A DNA stretch of 64,000 nucleotides. It comes from Tubulanus polymorphus. Taxonomy: Eukaryota > Animalia > Nemertea. The notes beneath the pieces were generated by a model. The model was given only the letters and a program-made list of their open reading frames with translations, was not told where the DNA came from and searched no databases. Where the stretch lies: contig NC_134036.1 of assembly GCF_964204645.1 (NCBI RefSeq), forward strand, positions 1,612,001-1,676,000, written 5' to 3'. Below are positions 50,601-63,926 of this stretch, one piece after another. How positions within the stretch are numbered: position 1 is the first letter of the stretch; every line of letters begins with the position of its first letter. Both the position numbers and the translations under genes were made by a program.

Positions 50601-53600
50601 GGGCTCAGCGATTCCGGACTCTTAGAACTCATGGTCAGTGTCACATTTTAGAATTTATTTCTTATCGGATGCAAGCAGGGTTCTTACAAATCAGGGATAA
50701 TTCAAGGAATTCTGATCCTTTTCTTGCAAAACCACTGTAATTAGATTTTGGGTATCTCATTTTTCTTGACGCAAAGAACCTCTTGTTAACGAACAGCCCC
50801 CAGTTAGGAAATCTTATAATTCAATCAGGGAATTTGACTGTTTTGGTGTCTTGTTGTTCCTGCTGGTGACGAGTGACACAAGGAACCACTTGGTAAGAAA
50901 CAGCCCCCACTGTGGATATCTTATAATCTAATCAGGGAATTTAAATTGTTGGTGTCTTGTTGTTCTTGCTGGCAACAAGTGACACAATGAATCTCATGAT
51001 TTAGAACAGCCCTCACTGAGGTTATCTTATAATTCAATAAGAGAATTTTTGATCGCTTGATTTGTAAGACAGCTGCAAAAGTCGATCCTATTAAACGTAT
51101 TTCTATTTTACGATTTTATCTTTTTTCTCGTCGACAGAATAATTTGAATATAACGATGCCCGGGCAGACGATGGCCCACAACGCTTTAACTACAACCAGC
51201 GAAGTTTTAAAAACACTTATTCAAGGTCAGTCTTCGAAATCTTGCGAAATTAGAAAATTCTAATTTTACTTTTGTCCATTTACGTAAAGATTCTGCAACA
51301 TTACGTAGAATTCCTGTAAACTGCGTTATTTTACTGATTTCAATCGTAATTTGTTTTCTCGTTTGTCAATAGGTGGCGATTTCAGCCAGTTTCCCGGACA
51401 GATGTCGGAACCGACTCAGAGTATCGCCGATCTGCTATCGACGCGGAATATCACGAATATCAATCAGTTATTCATGACTGATTCCGACCCGAGTTCAATA
51501 GAGAGAGCGGCGAAACTTTACCGGAACGCAGCGTGTAAGTTTGAGAAACTGAGGGGCGTGAGGGAGGGTGTTAGTCCTGCAGCCAGGGACCCTGCATCCC
51601 TTCGGCGTGTAAGTTTTTGAGAAACCGAGGGGCGAGAGGGAGGGTGTTAGTCCTGCAGCCAGGGACCCTGCATCCCTTCGGCGTGTAAGTTAAAATTCCG
51701 AGCGAGGAGAGGGAGGGTGTTAGTCTCTGCAGCCAGAGACCCTGCATCCAGCAGACTGAAGTTGTAATCAGACTGAAGTTAGTCGAGTAATTTCAAACCC
51801 TTCAAGTTTGCGAAACCAAGGGAGAGAGAATTTCGAGGGGGACGGAGGTTGTCTTTAATACGCATTAGGGACCCATGAAAATATATTTTCTAGAGTCAAC
51901 AGATGCAGCCCTTTCCTAGCTTCGATTTCTGTCTTTTTTTTTTGTTGACAGTGTGTACGGACTGAAGTTAGTCGAGTAATTTCATACCCTTCTCTCTCTC
52001 TCTCTATATTTTGCAGCTATCTGCGAAGCTACTTGTACGTGGAGCGGTCAGCTGCCGCGTCGTGTTTACAAAAATCCGGTTTACTCGTGTAAAGTGTTCC
52101 TAGGTGGCGTTCCTTGGGATATAACGGAAGGTAAGTGCTCCACCGCGTGTTTCTCTTTGTTCAGAATTTAGAATCTTCTCTATCTATTTTCGAGACTTAG
52201 CAATGTATGGATTTGGAAGCCTTAAATTTCGTTTCATTTTTCATTAAAAAAACAAACGAATAGATATAAGATTATTACTTTCCTGTCATTTCCATGGTTT
52301 GTGGAGGAAAGTAAGTAAGAGAAAAAATGACAATTATTTACCATTATGTCAATACAAAAATGTGTACGATTTACAATACATTACAAAAGGGATTGATATA
52401 TAATTTATACCATTTTTCACAAATTTTCCTAATTGGAAATTAAGAGTTTTTAGTGTATTTTTCGTAAGTTTATAAATGTGTTTAAATTTGGAAAGTTCAA
52501 AAAGAAAAAATAATTCATCCCCAAAAACATTGCATTGTCGAACACGTATGAGTGTATTGTAGCGCCATCTGGTGTGTGCCGTCGGTATCTCGAACGTTTT
52601 CGTCGTTTTTTACAGCCGGACTTCAAGCGTGTTTTAAACCGTTCGGTAACGTGAAGATCGAGTGGCCCGGTAAAGAGGGGAAACACCCGCGAGGCTACGT
52701 TTACGTTCTGTTCGACTCGGAGAAAGAAGTGAAAATGTTACTACAAGCTTGTACGCACGATTTCAGCAACGGCGGGGAATATTTCTTCAAAATATCCAGC
52801 CGTAAAATGAGATGCAAAGAGGTAAAACAAACACCGATTTATCTTAACTCACTGCCGATAATTGATACCCTAAGTGCTGGAGATGATTCGAAAAATTTTG
52901 AAAAACCAATTATAACTGATCAGGGGTCATTTATTTATTATGTATGCATTAGGGGGTTATTTATCTTTACTCACTGCTGTCTCATTGATAAGTGATAAGG
53001 AGTCATTCGTTTATAACAATGATAATGATAATGATAAGGCCATCCCATAATAATAAGATAGAAACCGATTTGTCTTACTGGTATTCAGTTCCAACTAATT
53101 AATACTGGAAAGGACTGCAGATGATTTGAAAATTTTGAAAAACCAATTATAACTGATCAGGGGCCGGTTGCGTAGTCATGGCTTAGTTACTCGATCTAAC
53201 AACTGAAGACCAGTCTTAAGATTTAGGACTACTTTTGGACTTAAGTCACGACTGTGCAACTGGGCCGAGGGGTCATTCATTTATTACGCACGCATTAGGG
53301 GAGGGAGGAGGGGTGAGTGCAATTGCGTACTGTTATGCTTAATGTATATGAAAAAATGGTTGATTTGCGAACAGAGGGGTTTTTGAAAACGTGGCTCCTA
53401 GAATTGAGTTTAAACGTCACTACTTTCTTAGTTTTTGAAAACGTGGCTCCTAGAATTGAGTCTTAACATCACTACTCTCTTAGTTTTTGAAAATGTCTCA
53501 TAGAATTGAGTCTAAACGTCACTACTCTCTTAGTTTTTGAAATTGGCTCATAGAATTGAGTCTAAACGTCACCACTCTCTTAGTTTTTTAAAACGTGGCT

Positions 53601-55100
53601 CCTAGAGTCTTAACGTCACTACTCTCTTAGTTTATGAAATTGTCTCATAAAATTGAGTCTAAACGTCACTACTCTCTTAGTTTATGAAAATGTCTCATAA
53701 AATTGAGTCTAAACGTCACTACTCTCTTAGTAAATGAAAATGTCTCATGGAATTGAGTCTAAACGTCACTATTCTCTTAGTTTCTTTTTAATGAGATTTA
53801 CTTCATTCTTTCTGTAGGTGCAGGTGATAGCGTGGGTGATCTCCGACAGTAATTACGTGCGTCAGCCCGCTCAGCGTATGGACATGGTTAAAACCGTATT
53901 CGTCGGGGCGTTGCACGGAATGATGAACGCCGAGGCGCTCGCGAACATCATGAACGACCTGTTCGAGAACGTCGTCTACGCGGGCATCGACACCGATAAA
54001 CATAAATATCCGATCGGCTCCGGTCGAGTGACCTTCAGCTCACAGAAGAGCTACACGAAAGCGGTTACCGCGGCGTTCGTCGAAATCAAAACAACCAAAT
54101 TCATCAAGAAGGTAAAAAAAAATTTATTGCCGATTTTTTTCAACCCTTCATTTTTCAGTTCAGCGTACCTGTGCTCTGTACCTGTAGTCGGGTAGGGTGG
54201 CGCCACTGACCTGGAAAACCTGGAAAACTGGCGTAATCAGTGAAAACTTACGAGAATTTAACAGATTTTACCAAAAACCTGCAAAATACAGAGATACAGA
54301 GAATTCGGATGATGCTATTGACCTGTCTTAAGATTTGACTCCAAATCCAATTACCAACTATGTAATCTTATGAAATACCAGAGAAAACTCGGGGAATTGT
54401 TAATGGGTGGAAAATTAGAAATGAGCCGATTTTTAGAGCCAAACTTCAACCAATTACTGCAACTGTTTGATTTCATTAGCGTGAATGTATTTTGTGTATA
54501 TTTCAGGTTCAGATCGACCCGTATTTAGAGGAAGCTATCTGCAGTTCATGTAACCACACGACTGGACCGTATTTCTGTCGAGACCCGCAATGTTTCCGAT
54601 ACTATTGTCGCTCGTGTTGGCAATGGCAACACGCAGTCGATACGATGAAATATCACAAACCGCTGATGAGAAATAGTAAAAATACGCTACCTAGGTACAT
54701 CTCACTAACAACGCCGCCGCCACCTAGTGGTGGAAACATTAACTACATCGGACAGTACATAGACGACATCCTTCTCGCTAACCCCATCTAGTGGTGTCCC
54801 CTCTCACCAACCCAACTATCACTATCACTATCATATCCTCCCTAGTGGTGACCCTTCTCACTAACCCCACCAATTGGTTCTCCTCATAAACTTTGACACC
54901 TCTCTTACCCCCCCCTAGTGGTGTCCCTCCTCACTAACCCCAATTAGTGTATTCCCGGTGAACTAGATAGAGCAGTTCATAGATGGCGTATCAATACAAC
55001 AACTTGACCCCTCAGTTCCGCAGACTTCTCACTAACGCCACCTAGCCAGTACCTCGTGCTAAATTCTCATTTCAGATACACTATGGATTTGACGTCGTAA
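47654..55100 (+). CDS. CPEB1: Cytoplasmic polyadenylation element-binding protein 1 (CPEB1/Orb), ~671 aa, 12 exons
   Basis: Exons 47654-47674, 48284-48554, 49290-49454, 49620-49911, 50444-50633, 51138-51225, 51373-51534, 52017-52130, 52616-52821, 53818-54111, 54507-54694, 55076-55100. Motifs [29 protein letters not shown]1 [23 protein letters not shown]2 [28 protein letters not shown], and zinc domain [36 protein letters not shown]. Confidence 0.96.
50780..51050 (+). repeat. ~120-bp tandem/dispersed repeat shared by CPEB1 and SEC11 introns
   Basis: AATCAGGGAATTT...TTGGTGTCTTGTTGTTCTTGCTGGTGACGAGTGACACAA...AAACAGCCCC also at 63480-63745. Confidence 0.8.
51531..51750 (+). repeat. ~75-bp tandem repeat starting at a CPEB1 splice donor
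   Basis: GCGT|GTAAGTT...GGGAGGGTGTTAGTCCTGCAGCCAGGGACCCTGCATCC, 3 copies. Confidence 0.85.
53378..53782 (+). repeat. ~57-bp tandem repeat
   Basis: Unit TAGAATTGAGTCTAAACGTCACTACTCTCTTAGTTTTTGAAAATGTCTCA, about 7 copies. Confidence 0.9.
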
Positions 55101-58100
55101 ACTCTTGTTGCCGGTGATAGAATAATGTATCGATGCTTTAGTCTGTGAAGTATTGACATAGCGTGTGCCGAACGTGTGCGGCGGACGTGTGCGCGTATAT
55201 GTGCCGATTTTTGTTTATTTTGCTATTTTTCGAAGGGTTTTTAATTCCCTTATTTTCGTCGTTTTTCGCGCGCATTCGATAAAACTCGAAAAAAAACGTT
55301 TCGCGATGAAAAAACGCTTCATCGCTCGTCGATCTCTCCGGCGCGTTCATAGGTGGCGCTTGTTCACACGACGAGAAATAGGAGTTCACTTTCGTCGCGT
55401 GGATCGTAAAAACTGCGCGAATATTTAAGGAGTGTGCTAGCCTTAAATTGGGTGAAATTTTCTGTAAGACTTTATTTATCCGTTTAAAGTGAATATGATT
55501 TGATTTGATTTACTTATTTATTTGTGGATGATGAAAGTTATTTTCTCTGTGTTCAGTATTTTGTACATATCATAATGGCGTGCGTGTGATGATGAGGGTT
55601 CGGGGGACGGGGAACAGAGAAAATGCTGCCATTTTTCTTTCATCCTGTTTTTTGTGATTCGAATGAGTGAATGAGATATTTGTAAAAATGTCAACATAGA
55701 GAGTAAAATAGCGACGGTGATTTACTCCCGGAGTAAGTCATCTGATATAACGATGTGATATATACCGGATAGAAACTGCTGATGCTGCTGTTGTTTGCTG
55801 TAGGCTTAAGTTTATCCGAAATGCTCCCTTTGAGTGAGCGCGCGCGCTTGTGTGTCGCGAGTACCCCGATACTTCTTTCAACTTAGAATCAGAGGAGGGT
55901 ACTCATTTCTCTATACTTAGAATGAGTAACTATGAAATGTTGTTAGTGAAATCACTTTAATTAGAAGAAACTATCGATAATGAAAAACTGTGATAATGTT
56001 ACTCGCTTATAGAAAATACTTGCATTTGATTACTATTATTATTATTATTACTATTTTATTGATTCTAATTAGTTAATTAAATCTCTCTAATTGTGCTGCA
56101 TTTGCAAAAATCTGGTCGCATTTATAAATATAAACATGTATCTATGAATTTAATTGTTTAATGGGTGAGGAAGAAATGCGCGTTAAATGTATATTTAAAA
56201 AAAAGTATTTAATTAAATTTTTCGTCTGGATCTGCTCTCTTAGAATAACTTAAACTACGATTATCTTAACAACGAGTTTTGGATTAATCCGCATTTAAAC
56301 TACTAATCATCGGCATTTACTGATTTTCAATGCAAATAATTATCAAGAATTTAAACCTGTTGTTTAGTGATATAACGTTAATTAAAGGTGTCTTAGAATT
56401 AAACCCGGTCTGCGACGAGCTTTTTAAAACGTCTTACTAATACCTTTTTCGAGCGTAGATTATCTCTCTTATCGGCAGGAATATCAATTCTGATCAATTA
56501 TATTGAGAAAATCTCCTAAAAATTCTGGGGTTGCAGTTGCTGAAAGTTTAACCAGCGGATAGTCAATATAGTGACAATTAAAAGTTCATTGTTACTATGG
56601 TACTTATCCGCCGATTATCTTAAACAATCTACTCAGCAACTTCAGTCCCAGGATGAATAACAAGTATTTCTTATTCACTGCTGACCGAAATCAATCAAAG
56701 TATTAATTAGTTATTAATGCTGACTTGAAATAGATTTAAATGACTATCAAATACCAATCTTAACCGGTTCTTAACTAACCTAAACTTAAATTTGTTGCGA
56801 TATTATCAATTAACGTCTTAATTTAGTTTAATCGAGGAAAGCGAGTTGCTTTGAATTACTTTGTGTTGTTTAATTAATTGATATTGATATTAGAATATAA
56901 TCTTAATAATTGATATTCAATCATATCGAATTTTTTCCATTATCATTTTCTAACTGAAAGTGTATTTGCTCTAAGTATCCGACTTCGAAACGGAAAAGCG
57001 ATAAAAAATATCTTTTAAAAAATATCAAAATCGTTGCTTTAAAACAAACAAAAAAAATTATGATATCATTGACCAAAATTGCATTTTTTTTTTGAAGTGG
57101 TAAAGGTTTAGATATTTTTTTTCTGACTGATGTATTTAATTCTTTGATAATGTAAACACTGAGGTGTGCTCTAAAGGTGAAAACGTCTTGAACGCAGGAA
57201 TTGGTATCGAAATTCTTTTCTAAGACGCGATAAGAAGTCCAATCTTTTCTCCGCGATCGGTCGAGAAAGAATTTTATCCGACATATCAACGTTAAATCCT
57301 CGAATATTTTAGCGGGTGATTTCTCTCTCCGGGCTAAATCTGCCCTTAGCGACGTTTTCATTTCCTTCTTATTGTTGTTATTAGTTTCCAAACAGTCGGT
57401 TAGACTTGATTACAATAAATGGTTTAGTAATTTCTCTTTTAAAACTGTGAAAAAATACGATTAATAGAATTCTAAAAGCTTTTTTAATAACGCAGAAAGT
57501 GAGAATGAACCCAAATTTAAACCGCTGTATCGGGTTCAACAGTTCTAGGCTAAGATCGACTCCGTCCTGAAGTCGAATCTTAACCCGAAAACTTTTCGAA
57601 ACCGACATCAGCTTTTTAGGAATAGAACGAAAGCATGTTATATCAAAAACTCTTAATTAATGACTTTTTTACCTCGAAAAATGTACTTAGTAAAAAGAAA
57701 GCTTTTATCCGTTCGTCTTTAGATTTAATTAAATTCCCGATGTTTTCCGTTTTAGAATGCATGAAATCAAAACTTTTACCCCCTAAATCCGGTTTTTAAA
57801 AGTGCGATTCGCTTTCGGAGAAAAGATTGGAAATGTATTATTCGATTATGGCAAAAAATTGTTTTTTTTTCGGTGAAATTTTGGTTACGGTTATATTCTA
57901 TTCCTCGGTGCGTAGCTGATGTAGTTACGGTCACAACATGGCTGTGACTTCAATGAAAACTTCAACCTTTTTCATTCTTCGTTTTTTTTTCTCGAATTTG
58001 GGGTTCCATTTCGGTCCATTTTGTTGACAATGTCCATTTGTTGTTCGTTTTTATATAAGAACATTTAACCCATATATAATGTATACTTTGTTCGCCCATT

Positions 58101-59567
58101 TTATTTACTTTTTTTTCAAAATGGCCACCAGGCAGTCTTTCAGTTTTTTCTGCTCATTGTATATCGGAATGACGAAAGTGCTTAGAATTACATGTACCAT
58201 AGATTATTAGCTCAGTCCACTGCAAAATGAGCGTTATAAAAAAATGTTGTCGATGACATAAGAAAATGTGCTAATTTTAGATTTTCTACTTAACTATTTA
58301 ATTATAACTACTAATATTATTATCATTACTAAAACTAAAAGTTAACTGTGATCAATTTGTACAACGTACCAATGAACAATCGATAGCAACGCCCCCTATA
58401 TTGTGATATCCGACTACGTAGGGGGTCGACGCTACTATGATGTATGATATAAGAGAGTTTGTTTGTTTATTATGTTTTTGGTTTTCTTTATAACGATACA
58501 AGATATAATGGTGTTTATGCATTGTTTGTTTTTGTGGTGGTGCGTGTCTCTCTTGTTTAGAGCAACGGTGAAAAAAAATGAAATATATTAAAATGCTTTT
58601 CTGTTAGTTATTGGATAAAAAAAAATGTGTTTCCTTTATATTTTTTCTCTATTTTGGACTGAATTCTGTTGGATCGACTGGGAACAAAAACGGCGTTGTC
58701 TTGCTCAAATTTCTATTTGAAATGCTCCATCTCTTAGTCATTGTCAGTATCGCTGTAAACCTGGAAAATCTGGGATTCGAACTTGATTTAATTTAAAGAT
58801 GCTGATGAAAAGAAGGATTCGAACCTATGGTCCGTGCCGCCTCAACACGCTCGCTAAACTGCTCAAAGTTTGAATCCCACAATTGCGAGATGTAATCAAC
58901 GGTTCTTTCAATCTTATCGCGTCAAAGGTTTTGTGCAGTTTAAGTAACACGATTGAACCGGAACCAGCCATGCGGCATCGGACCAATTTCGACCAATTCA
59001 TGCGACCTTTTTCGGATTGAAAGAAGGCCCCCAAAAATTCAAACTATATTTTGAAAGTCGAAGAATGTTTTCTTTAAGCGGAATTAATTCATATTTCGTG
59101 ATTAATAAATTGATTCGCTGAATAAAAATTCTCGTAACTTGCTCTACCCCCGAAAATCTCCGAGAGTCCCAACAAAAAGACTTTTTGTGACTTTTTCAAA
59201 CTTTCTAAAAATCATATCTATAAAATGGAACCTATATCCGGGTGTATTAAAGCGGATGGTATGTTTAAAACATCGAAAAAATTTCGTACCGAAGTGTGCA
59301 AATTTACGTAAGTTTGAAATCCCTACCCGGCCCGCCGGATGTAAATTCAATTAAACTTTATTGCACAGAGTGACAAAAATATGGGCAATGACTAAAAAAG
59401 TTTTAGTTCTATGGCGATATAAGGTACGGGTCGTTTAAAGTATTCTTTACATAATTTCATCGAAATTCAGACAGAAAATATGATGAAATAACTCGAGAAC
59501 TAAAACGCGGAATAAAGTCCGCGACCGTTATTTATCTACGTAATCGCATCGTCACCGATTTTGGAAG

Positions 59568-62500
59568 ATGGGGATGTTCGAGTTTGATTTTCTGGACGAC
59601 GTGCGTCGTATGAACAAACGACAGGTAAATAAATCGTTAAAATCCATCGTCACGTTTCATTCGAGACCGAATTTAGTAAAATCGGTGCCGAATTCGTTGA
59701 GTAATCGGCAAACATTTGCCGCAATCTGAGATCGGAAAGTAGTCTGTAAAAATAGCGTTCGTTCTCTAGTCTAATCTCTCGCTATGTTGGTTCCACAATA
59801 TGTTTCCCCACATCTCTCCAGTTCCTCCACATGTGGATGAGCTCAGTTCCACACGGGCGTGTAGACAATAATTGCTGTTGAGATTGAATGGTGAGGGAGA
59901 TGAGTGGATGGTTTAGTCGTAGAACATCCTTGCTTGCCAGGGTTTGTTTGGTTACTGCCAAAGAAGAGGTAGAGTTCAGAGGTTGATCATGGAGAGGCTG
60001 AGATAGAAGGGAAGGGGAGAGAGAGGGGGATGAAGGGAGGGAGAGGGGGATGAAGGGATGAATGGAGAGGCTGAGTTAGAAGGGGAGAGAGAGGGAGAGG
60101 GAGAGGCTGAGATAGAAGGGGGAGAGAGAGAGGGAGAGGGAGAGGCTGAGATAGAAGGGGGAGAGAGGGAGAGGGAGAGGCTGAGATAGAAGGGGGAGAG
60201 AGGGAGAGGGAGAGGCTGAGATAGAAGGGGGAGAGAGAGAGGGAGAGGGAGAGGCTGAGATAGAAGGGGGAGAGAGGGAGAGGGAGAGGCTGAGATAGAA
60301 GGGGAGAGAGGGAGAGGGAGAGGCTGAGATAGAAGGGGGAGAGAGGGAGAGGGAGAGGCTGAGATAGAAGGGGGAGAGAGAGAGGGAGAGGGAGAGGCTG
60401 AGATAGAAGGGGAGAGAGGGAGAGGCTGAGATAGAAGCGGGAGAGAGGGAGAGGGAGAGGCTGAGATAGAAGGGGGAGAGAGAGAGAGGGAGAGGGAGAG
60501 GCTGAGATAGAAGGGGAGAGAGAGAGAGGGAGAGGGAGAGGCTGAGATAGAAGGGGGAGAGAGAGAGGGAGAGGGAGAGGCTGAGATAGAAGGGGGAGAG
60601 AGGGAGAGGGAGAGGCTGAGATAGAAGGGGAGAGAGGGAGAGGGAGAGGCTGAGATAGAAGGGGGAGAGAGGGAGAGGGAGAGGCTGAGATAGAAGGGGG
60701 AGAGAGGGAGAGGGAGAGGCTGAGATAGAAGGGGAGAGAGGGAGAGGGAGAGGCTGAGATAGAAGGGGAGAGAGGGAGAGGGAGAGGCTGAGATAGAAGG
60801 GGAGAGAGGGAGAGGGAGAGGCTGAGATAGAAGGGGGAGAGAGGGAGAGGGAGAGGCTGAGATAGAAGGGGAGAGAGGGAGAGGGAGAGGCTGAGATAGA
60901 AGGGGAGAGAGAGAGGGAGAGAGGGAGAGGCTGAGATAGAAGGGGAGAGAGAGGGAGAGGGAGAGGCTGAGATAGAAGGGGAGAGAGGGAGAGGGAGAGG
61001 GAGAGGCTGAGATAGAAGGGGGAGAGAGGGAGAGGGAGAGGCTGAGATAGAAGGGGGAGAGAGGGAGAGGGAGAGGGAGAGGCTGAGATAGAAGGGGGAG
61101 AGAGAGAGGGAGAGGGAGAGGCTGAGATAGAAGGGGGAGAGAGGGAGAGGGAGAGGCTGAGATAGAAGGGGAGAGAGGGAGAGGGAGAGGGAGAGGCTGA
61201 GATAGAAGGGGGAGAGAGGGAGAGGGAGAGGCTGAGATAGAAGGGGGAGAGAGAGAGAGGGAGAGGGAGAGGCTGAGATAGAAGGGGGAGAGAGAGAGGG
61301 AGAGGGAGAGGCTGAGATAGAAGGGGGAGAGAGGGAGAGGGAGAGGCTGAGATAGAAGGGGAGAGAGAGAGAGGGAGAGGGAGAGGCTGAGATAGAAGGG
61401 GGAGAGAGAGAGGGAGAGGGAGAGGCTGAGATAGAAGGGGAGAGAGGGAGAGGGAGAGGGAGAGGCTGAGATAGAAGGGGGAGAGAGGGAGAGGGAGAGG
61501 CTGAGATAGAAGGGGAGAGAGGGAGAGGGAGAGGGAGAGGCTGAGATAGAAGGGGGAGAGAGAGGGGGAGAGGGAGAGGCTTAGATAGAAGGGGGAGAGA
61601 GAGAGGGAGAGGGAGAGGCTGAGATAGAAGGGGGAGAGAGAGAGGGAGAGGGAGAGGCTGAGATAGAAGGGGGAGAGAGGGAGAGGGAGAGGCTGAGATA
61701 GAAGGGGGAGAGAGGGAGAGGGAGAGGCTGAGATAGAAGGGGGAGAGAGAGAGGGAGAGGGAGAGGCTGAGATAGAAGGGGAGAGAGAGAGGGAGAGGGA
61801 GAGGCTGAGATAGAAGGGGAGAGAGAGAGAGGGAGAGGCTGAGATAGAAGGGGAGAGAGAGAGAGGGAGAGGCTGAGATAGAAGGGGAGAGAGAGAGAGG
61901 GAGGGGGAGAGGGAGAGGCTGAGATAGAAGGGGGAGAGAGAGAGGGAGAGGGAGAGGCTGAGATAGAAGGGGGAGAGAGAGAGGGAGAGGGAGAGGCTGA
62001 GATAGAAGGGGAGAGAGTTTTGAAGATGGAGAAGCCCGATGATGAAAGCATTCACTATATTACCGATTACCCTATTAACTACTATGTTTCAGCCCAAAAG
62101 TTAGGATTTAGTAGTTCGCAAGAACGGTAAAACCTTGGCTAAAATAAAACAGGATATCTGTGGCAAGTCTCGATGCCATCGGGTCCAAATCCCTGCGAAA
62201 TATTTTTGGAAACCTGTCGTTCTATGATGCACTGAATTCTATCCTGAGTCAACAATGCTTTAACTCTGAATATCTATTACACGCTTACGCTGTATAAGTT
62301 TGATGTTATTGATTAATGTTATATGGTTTAATTTTTTTTGTAATTACAGCTGTATTATCAGGTACTCAACTTCGGGATGATCGTCTCCTCGGCGCTGATG
62401 ATATGGAAGGGTTTAATGGTCGTCACCGGTAGCGAGAGTCCCATTGTTGTCGTACTCAGGTAACGTCAGAGTCCGATTTCTACTTTTCGTGATTTTTTGA

Positions 62501-63926
62501 TCGGTCATAAAATGTGCGTTTTTTTTTTTTAAACGATATTCCTGTACAGTGGATCGATGGAACCTGCATTTCACCGTGGCGATCTGTTATTGTTGACGAA
62601 TTACGAAGAAGAACCGATCAGAGTCGGCGATATAGTCGTATTTAAAGTTGAAGGTCGCGATATACCGATTGTACACAGGGTACTGAAAGTACACGAAAAG
62701 TAAGTTTATTTAAAACTTGCGTCTATTTGAACTTTGGTTGAGAGGACGTTGTGCGAACATTGTCAAAAAGGGGTCGAAAGAAATTGACTCGATAATTTGA
62801 ATGTGTAGCGCTATGTTACCATGCCTACATACCTATGAAAAATGGTAGACATATATGGAAAAAACATTGTTAAACTTGATTTATCTAAGAGAATGTCGTC
62901 TCGGTCGTTTCTCTGAAGACCTTTTTGACACTGATTCCATAAAGCGTAGAATGGATCAAAAATCGATGTTTTAGTTGATTATCCATTCAGCTGGTTATCC
63001 ATTCTGGTCCTATTGATAGCTATGTCAGATGTACCACTAAAACTGACTGAGCTAGGCCACCTGATGTCTTTTTAAGCAAAGTTGAAATAGACATTTTAGC
63101 TAAACAGAATGCGCTGTACAATCAGTTCTCTGAACCATGCACCTCCTTCAGATAATCAGATATTAGATTTTCCATGTATGCCGATTAAATTGCTCTGGTG
63201 CTTTCTAAAGTAAAAAATTGTAGTTCATTTTCATAGGTCAAATTTTGATATCCTGTTGTTTTTTTTTTCTAATGAATTTGCAGAGAAAATGGAGAAGTGA
63301 AATTTTTAACAAAAGGTGATAACAATTCAGTGGACGACCGAGGTTTATACGCTCCCGGACAGCTGTGGTTACGGAAAAAAGACGTCGTAGGCAGAGCTCG
63401 AGGGTACGCATTTTAGTCTTATCTCTTGCTTTACGTTTTTGTTGTTCAGATCTTGGGGTTTCCCGGACTTAGTAAGAAAAATCAGGGAATTTGGATTTTT
63501 GGTGTCTTGTTGTTCTTGCTGGTGACCAGTGACAAAGGAACCTCTTGATAATAAACAGCCTCCATTGGTTTAAGTGAGGACAAGAAGAACCTCTTGTCCT
63601 CACTGAGGTTTTCCTGTAATTTAATCAGGGAATTTGAATTTTTGGTGTCTTGTTGTTCTTGCTGGTGACGAGTGACACAAGTAATCTCTTGATAAGAAAC
63701 AGCCCCAAATGAGGATCTCATTCTTAGGTCAATCAGGGAATTTTGGATTCGCTGATCTGTGTGAACCCGGTTGTGAATGAGCACAGATAACTTGACCAAT
63801 TTTACTTGAACTCATGAAACTGGATCCAGATTTTAATTGTTTATTTCTGTGTTTTATTTTCCCTGCAGGTTTTTACCGTACGTTGGAATTATAACGATAT
63901 TGATGAACGATTATCCAAAATTTAAG
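59568..63926 (+). CDS. SEC11: Signal peptidase complex catalytic subunit SEC11 (final exon beyond the window)
   Basis: Exons 59568-59624, 62350-62459, 62550-62699, 63284-63403, 63869-63926: [117 protein letters not shown]. Confidence 0.97.
59992..62017 (+). repeat. ~2-kb purine-rich minisatellite in SEC11 intron 1
   Basis: Unit ~GAGGCTGAGATAGAAGGGGGAGAGAGGGAGAGGGA with variable GA spacing, more than 50 copies. Confidence 0.97.

Noticed and set aside
60076-62055. 659-aa ORF on the minus strand, the longest in the track
   Set aside because: It is the translation of the GA minisatellite, which lacks stop codons, and lies inside SEC11 intron 1.
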